In this document: piece by piece, positions 61,511-62,274 of the stretch
Layout: each line of letters begins with the position of its first letter
Position numbering within the stretch: the stretch's first letter is position 1
From: Minisyncoccota bacterium
Lineage (GTDB): Bacteria; Patescibacteriota; Minisyncoccia; Minisyncoccales; RBG-13-42-11
DNA: 62,274 bases
Direction: 5' to 3'
NCBI GenBank assembly: GCA_028712445.1
Contig: JAQTPY010000002.1
Span: forward strand, 1 to 62,274
Notes under the pieces: generated by a model
Told to the model about the DNA's origin: nothing
What the model saw: only the letters and a program-made list of their open reading frames with translations
The model's database searches: none
Program-made: the position numbers and the translations under genes

Positions 61511-61906
61511 TTAGCAAAAGCCGGGAAGGTAGAGGGCTCTGTTGTTGAAGATATAATTGAGGATTCGAAGATCTCCATGTGCTTCATGCATTGCTCGATG
61601 CATACACTCGATACCCTCCTCAACCAGAGTATCGTCCTCCGGCTGAGCGCAGAGTTCTACGACTTTCTGGAAATCTTTGAGATCCCGGTTATGTATCCGG
61701 ATAAGCCATTCCACATCCATAACCAGTTCGCTTAGGATTGGTTCGTTGGGAGCAAAACCGTATTTCACTCCCAGTTTGGTCACCTTTTCAGGAATTTCAT
61801 CCATTCTTCCCCTACCCTCTACGAAAGATATCAACTCGCGCCGGAAATTTCCTTTAGGCAACCACCTGAATGCAGCCAGAACTCTTTCCCCTGTGCTTAT
61901 TGTCAT
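61511..61906 (-). CDS. Hypothetical protein
   Basis: 131-aa ORF; ATG after AAGGAGG. Confidence 0.65.
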   Translation of the reverse strand: MTISTGERVLAAFRWLPKGNFRRELISFVEGRGRMDEIPEKVTKLGVKYGFAPNEPILSELVMDVEWLIRIHNRDLKDFQKVVELCAQPEDDTLVEEGIECMHRAMHEAHGDLRILNYIFNNRALYLPGFC

Positions 61907-62040
61907 AATTTCCTCCTTTTCCTTAAAATTTATTATTAAGCTTATCTCTCATAAAATAAGCGTAATAAAGATTTTGAAAGTCCACCCTCTCCCCGCTAAA
62001 TATATATTATTATATCCCAAAATTACAATCTGTCAATCTC

Positions 62041-62266
62041 CTATTCCGCCTTAGGAACCTCTGGCGCAGACTGAGGAGCTTCGGTTTTAGGTTCCGCTGG
62101 TTTTTGCTCTATTGGAGATGCTGGCGCAGGCGCGGTTCCTCCGGCAGGCGCTGCTGCCTCCCCTTCTTTTTTCTTTGCCTTTTTGTGAACATCTATTTTT
62201 TTCCCCTCGATTAATTTCTCTGAAACTAACAAATTATAGACTGTTGCTGAAGGCTGAGCTCCCACT
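62041..62266 (-). CDS. rpsP: 30S ribosomal protein S16, C-terminal part (5'-truncated), with an Ala/Pro/Glu/Lys tail
   Basis: VGAQPSATVYNLL motif; upstream of khpA and trmD as in the canonical operon. Confidence 0.85.
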
Positions 62267-62274
62267 AGATCGGA
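62267..62274 (+). other. Probable untrimmed Illumina adapter remnant
   Basis: Window ends in AGATCGGA exactly where S16 similarity stops. Confidence 0.6.

Noticed and set aside
3543-61735. Numerous antisense or nested ORFs of 60-175 aa in the track (e.g. 9869-10174, 17064-17531, 19578-20099, 29804-30214, 39958-40335, 58192-58497)
   Set aside because: Shadows of well-supported genes on the opposite strand or in another frame, with no recognisable motifs
1-62274. CRISPR array, prophage, integrase or transposase
   Set aside because: No regularly spaced direct repeats and no phage, recombinase or transposase motifs in any ORF, including those beside tRNAs

Overview
62.3-kb chromosomal segment with the hallmarks of a Patescibacteria/CPR genome (Parcubacteria-like; inferred, not searched). 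It uses genetic code 11. Housekeeping genes (fmt, epmA-efp, typA, DEAD-box helicase, obg, dnaX, cysS, dnaB-recR, rplU, rmuC, mraZ-rsmH-ftsL-ftsI, rplJL with L10 leader, mltG, pcm, def, rpmG, trmD, khpA, rpsP) and six tRNA genes are interleaved with single accessory genes, many of which have their own promoter and a strong Shine-Dalgarno sequence that the core genes lack. I saw no integrase, transposase, prophage or CRISPR array. The best candidate for an undescribed system is a duplicated structured 5' leader: promoter, then AACAAUUUAAUA, a covarying hairpin, a 29-nt CGUCC..GGACG core and an ACAGGU/ACCUGU terminator. It precedes two surface-protein genes, with a truncated third copy before a paralogue; two of these three proteins share a C-terminal domain that looks like a catalytically dead papain-like fold. 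Other notable items: a plsY gene in a lineage generally lacking lipid synthesis, a sigma4 + alphaCTD-like fusion, two stand-alone ncRNA candidates, a dispersed GGATGTGC palindrome family, a palindrome inserted in frame in trmD, an in-frame TGA splitting a FAD/Rieske gene, four small ORFs absent from the ORF track, and a probable Illumina adapter remnant at the right end. All family assignments are from motif recognition by eye; no database search was run.
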